DNA of 20,000 nt, from positions 44,603 to 64,602 of IMG/VR virus record IMGVR_UViG_2880350357_000003; one strand, given 5' to 3'. Below the pieces are notes generated by a model. That model did no database searches and was not told the origin of the DNA. It worked only from the letters and a program-made list of their open reading frames with translations. Source of the DNA: an uncultured virus (IMG/VR IMGVR_UViG_2880350357_000003). Its lineage: Duplodnaviria > Heunggongvirae > Uroviricota > Caudoviricetes. The translations under genes and the position numbers were made by a program. Positions 17,740 to 20,000 of the stretch are shown here, one piece after another. Numbering within the stretch: the first letter of the stretch is position 1; each line of letters starts with the position of its first letter.

Positions 17740-19442
17740 TGATGAAACCAGTAAAACGCCTTTACCTTTCAACGGATGAAATACACCTGGCTGACGCCAG
17801 TCTGGTGCTGGAGCTGAACAGCTGTGGACGTGGCTTTATTACGGCACAGACGACCACAGACTACACAGGCAAACTGGTACGGCTGGATGTGGGGTATTCC
17901 GGTTTACTTCTGCGCTGGTTTACCGGCTATGTGGAGCGCTCACAGCCTGCCGAAAACGGTTATCAGCGTCTGTTCGTCCGCGAGCTGGCTGGCGTATTTG
18001 AGCGGATGTGGCCATGCTCATTCCAGCATCCAACACTGCGCGATGTGGCCGGATGGCTGGAGGAAAACAGCGGGATCAGCATTGCGGTACCGGATGTGCC
18101 GTACAGTGATAAACCGATCCCCCATTTCACCCATAACGGGACGGGATACCAGCTGCTGAATAATCTGGGCAGGGCATTCAGTATCACGGATTACATCTGG
18201 TATCCATTGCCGGATGGTTCGTTGTATGTCGGCGGCGCAGAAAAGGCGCTGTTTGCCGGACGCCCGGTGGAAATCCCGGCAGAGTTCAGCCAGGGAACGG
18301 CGGGCGGTAATTCCATGACATTGCCGGTGATCCAGAGTCTTCGTCCGGGCGTGGACGTGAACGGGGAACGCGTGACCAAAGTTCATCTGACTAATGACAC
18401 AATGACCATCACGTGGACACCACGGAACCGCGCCACAGGTCAGCCATTGCAGAAAACACCGGCGCAGCGCCAGATAGAAAGCCATTACCCGGAACTGGCT
18501 TCAGGTCTTCACCTGCCCAAACTGGCCAGGGTGGTGGCACCCAGCGAGGCCGTAAAAAGCGGTAATTTTGCCGACCCGTTCCGGCCACGGTACGCTGTTG
18601 ACGTGCAGCTGCTTGACGCGGACGGCAACCCGGACAACCAGACGCCGGTATATTCCGCCGTACCGCTGCCGGTGCCAATGGCCGGTAACGATTCAGGAAT
18701 GTTCCAGTTTCCACCGGAAGGAACGCTGGTAGAAGTGGCGTTTACGGGCGGCAGACCGGACAAGCCCTTTATCAGGCAGACGCTGCCGGATGGCACCAGT
18801 CTGCCGGACATTAAGCCCGGCGAACAGCTGCAACAGCAGCGAGCGGAAGTCTCGCAACGCGTGACACAGGCAGGAGACTGGGTACGCCAGACGGATCAGA
18901 CCATCAGTGAAACATCGATGGCGCGGACGGTGAAAGCCGACACGGAACGACGAGAACTGGTCAGCCGTGAAACCACGGTGAAAGCCACGGATAAAATCAC
19001 AGTACTGGGGACCGCCACGCTGATGGCCGGAGCCATACAGCAGGTCAGTGCTGGCGACTTCAGCCAGGCGGTAAAAGGAAACCGGCTGGCCAGTATTACA
19101 GGAAATGAAGAAACCGAAATCGCCGGGCAGCTGTCCACGAAAGTGGCCGGCGCCATGAATGTTGATGTGGGGGGAACCCTGACAGAAAAGATTGCCGCAT
19201 TACGTAAATCTGTGGCGGCGGGCGGTCAGCAAATTATGGGGCCAACCGTGCATATCGGTAGCGAGGGCGTAAATACGCTAACCATGATGCTGGACACCAT
19301 TGATTTACTGGCAGAGCTGGCGCAGCAGTGCGCGAGCCATTCGCACCCCAGTGTTGGTACGCCGACCAATGCCGGAGCATTCAACCAGACGGCAGCGAAG
19401 GCCGGGCAGACCCGGAGCAGGTACCAGAACATCATCGCCTGA
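17739..19442 (+). CDS. Baseplate hub + central spike fusion protein (gp27-like, OB-fold, beta-helix, HxH apex)
   Basis: 567 aa. Hub-like N-terminus (RLDVGY..FTGYVE), OB-fold motif PPEGTLVEVAFTGGRPDKPFI, 8-residue (V/I)xG repeats and HSH near the C-terminus. Confidence 0.75.
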   Translation: MMKPVKRLYLSTDEIHLADASLVLELNSCGRGFITAQTTTDYTGKLVRLDVGYSGLLLRWFTGYVERSQPAENGYQRLFVRELAGVFERMWPCSFQHPTLRDVAGWLEENSGISIAVPDVPYSDKPIPHFTHNGTGYQLLNNLGRAFSITDYIWYPLPDGSLYVGGAEKALFAGRPVEIPAEFSQGTAGGNSMTLPVIQSLRPGVDVNGERVTKVHLTNDTMTITWTPRNRATGQPLQKTPAQRQIESHYPELASGLHLPKLARVVAPSEAVKSGNFADPFRPRYAVDVQLLDADGNPDNQTPVYSAVPLPVPMAGNDSGMFQFPPEGTLVEVAFTGGRPDKPFIRQTLPDGTSLPDIKPGEQLQQQRAEVSQRVTQAGDWVRQTDQTISETSMARTVKADTERRELVSRETTVKATDKITVLGTATLMAGAIQQVSAGDFSQAVKGNRLASITGNEETEIAGQLSTKVAGAMNVDVGGTLTEKIAALRKSVAAGGQQIMGPTVHIGSEGVNTLTMMLDTIDLLAELAQQCASHSHPSVGTPTNAGAFNQTAAKAGQTRSRYQNIIA

Positions 19443-19455
19443 TTCTCTCTTGATC

Positions 19456-19479
19456 AGCCCGCATAATGCGGGCTTTTTT
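19456..19479 (+). terminator. Rho-independent terminator of the rightward late operon
   Basis: AGCCCGCA-TAA-TGCGGGCT hairpin followed by a T run (19474-19479), 13 nt after the last stop codon. Confidence 0.9.
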
Positions 19480-19487
19480 ATCCCCAC

Positions 19488-19955
19488 TTTCAGACCGCAT
19501 CAGACGCATTTTCAGCGTCGTTAATATCTGCCCCCGTTCATCCATTACCTCATTTGTTTCAGTGGCACAGCAAGCCGCTGCGGCTGTCTGTTGGCGACGA
19601 AATAACGGAGGAAGTGACGAAAACGGCGCTACACCGCACCCGCCTGCGGTTTTCGTGTTGAGAATGATTTCAGTTTTTCCGGTGGTACAAAACACATCGC
19701 CAGACCGCGCCAGTGCCGGGGCTTTGACGGCCGGGTGCTAACTGAAATGTGTGAAACAGATTTCAAAGATTACAGTTTTTGTGCGATGACCGGCCGTGGG
19801 TGAAAAATGCCGGTGCCGGATTTCATGCGGGATTAACAGCGATTACGTGACTTTTTACGTAACAACCGCATCGGGATCACGTAAGGGCGGGGAAGTGCCC
19901 AGGCCTTATATGACGCGCTCTGGCGCGGAATGGCAGTGAAATGCGGAACTGAAAT
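19488..19955. repeat. Dispersed short direct/inverted repeats (TTTCA/TGAAA, ATTTCAGTT/AACTGAAAT, TTACGTRA, CCGCGCCAG/CTGGCGCGG)
   Basis: Counted by eye: about 11 TTTCA/TGAAA pentamers. 9-mer at 19667-19675, 19740-19748 and 19947-19955. TTACGTRA-type sites at 19843, 19855 and 19877. 9-bp inverted pair at 19705-19713 / 19920-19928. Confidence 0.6.
19625..19644. other. Candidate cos (cohesive end) site
   Basis: The minus strand of 19626-19644 reads GGCGGGTGCGGTGTAGCGC, matching the P2 19-nt cos GGCGAGGCGGGGAAAGCAC (as I recall it) at 11/19 positions. Terminal symmetry GGCG...CGCC. Position after the last tail gene fits HP1-type genomes. Confidence 0.45.
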
Positions 19956-20000
19956 ACTTTGCACAGCCTGAACCATCGCCATACCTGCAATAACGTACAT

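Larger units (their letters stand above)
1..20000. mobile_element. P2-superfamily (HP1/K139-like) phage or prophage late-gene region; extends beyond the left edge and possibly the right edge
   Basis: Contiguous, tightly coupled head-tail-lysis-baseplate genes. Divergent P/Q versus O-N-M-L arrangement as in P2. Sheath-tube-lysis-chaperone-tape measure order and three genes after the fibre chaperone as in HP1/K139. Confidence 0.96.

Noticed and set aside
2599..19435. Many minus-strand ORFs of 60-282 aa (e.g. 4468-5316, 13815-14579, 12806-13411)
   Set aside because: They lie almost entirely opposite conserved plus-strand structural genes, which is expected from codon bias in GC-rich coding DNA. 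No independent SD or domain evidence.
6598..19442. Interpretation as a tailocin, T6SS or eCIS locus because of the VgrG-like gene
   Set aside because: Capsid, portal, terminase and head completion genes are present and intact, so this is a phage. No T6SS membrane complex or effector genes are present.
19432..19741. 87-aa and 91-aa ORFs after the last gene
   Set aside because: They overlap the terminator and the repeat-rich candidate cos region, with no SD or recognisable protein features.
19881..19900. GGGCGGGGAAGTGCC as an alternative cos (shares GGCGGGGAA with P2 cos)
   Set aside because: It matches only the core and lacks the GGCG start, AGC end and terminal symmetry of the 19625-19644 candidate. 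Not excluded without end mapping.
1..20000. Anti-phage defence moron, DGR, invertase cassette, CRISPR array or tRNA
   Set aside because: No unexplained ORF space, reverse transcriptase, recombinase, regular repeat-spacer pattern or cloverleaf was seen in the window.

Overview
The whole window is the late (virion morphogenesis and lysis) region of a P2-superfamily myovirus (Peduoviridae) with HP1/K139-type gene order, probably a prophage in an enteric host (inference). Leftward: terminase ATPase and the start of portal. Rightward: protease/scaffold, major capsid, terminase endonuclease subunit, head completion, two tail completion genes, sheath, tube, holin, M15 peptidase endolysin, i-/o-spanin, tail assembly chaperone with a -1 frameshift extension, tape measure, baseplate wedge genes, tail fibre, fibre chaperone, two conserved baseplate-region genes and a hub-spike fusion. 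These are followed by an intrinsic terminator and a ~520 bp motif-rich non-coding stretch that may hold cos. All genes look intact. I see no moron, defence gene, IS, CRISPR or tRNA, and I cannot support a wholly new biological system. The best leads are cis-acting: a fully readable frameshift signal missed by the ORF track, a VgrG-like hub-spike fusion, a long stem-loop between M and L, a non-Ogr dyad centred between divergent late promoters, a possible nested scaffold start, and the candidate cos region. Family assignments are from recalled motifs and synteny; no database search was run.
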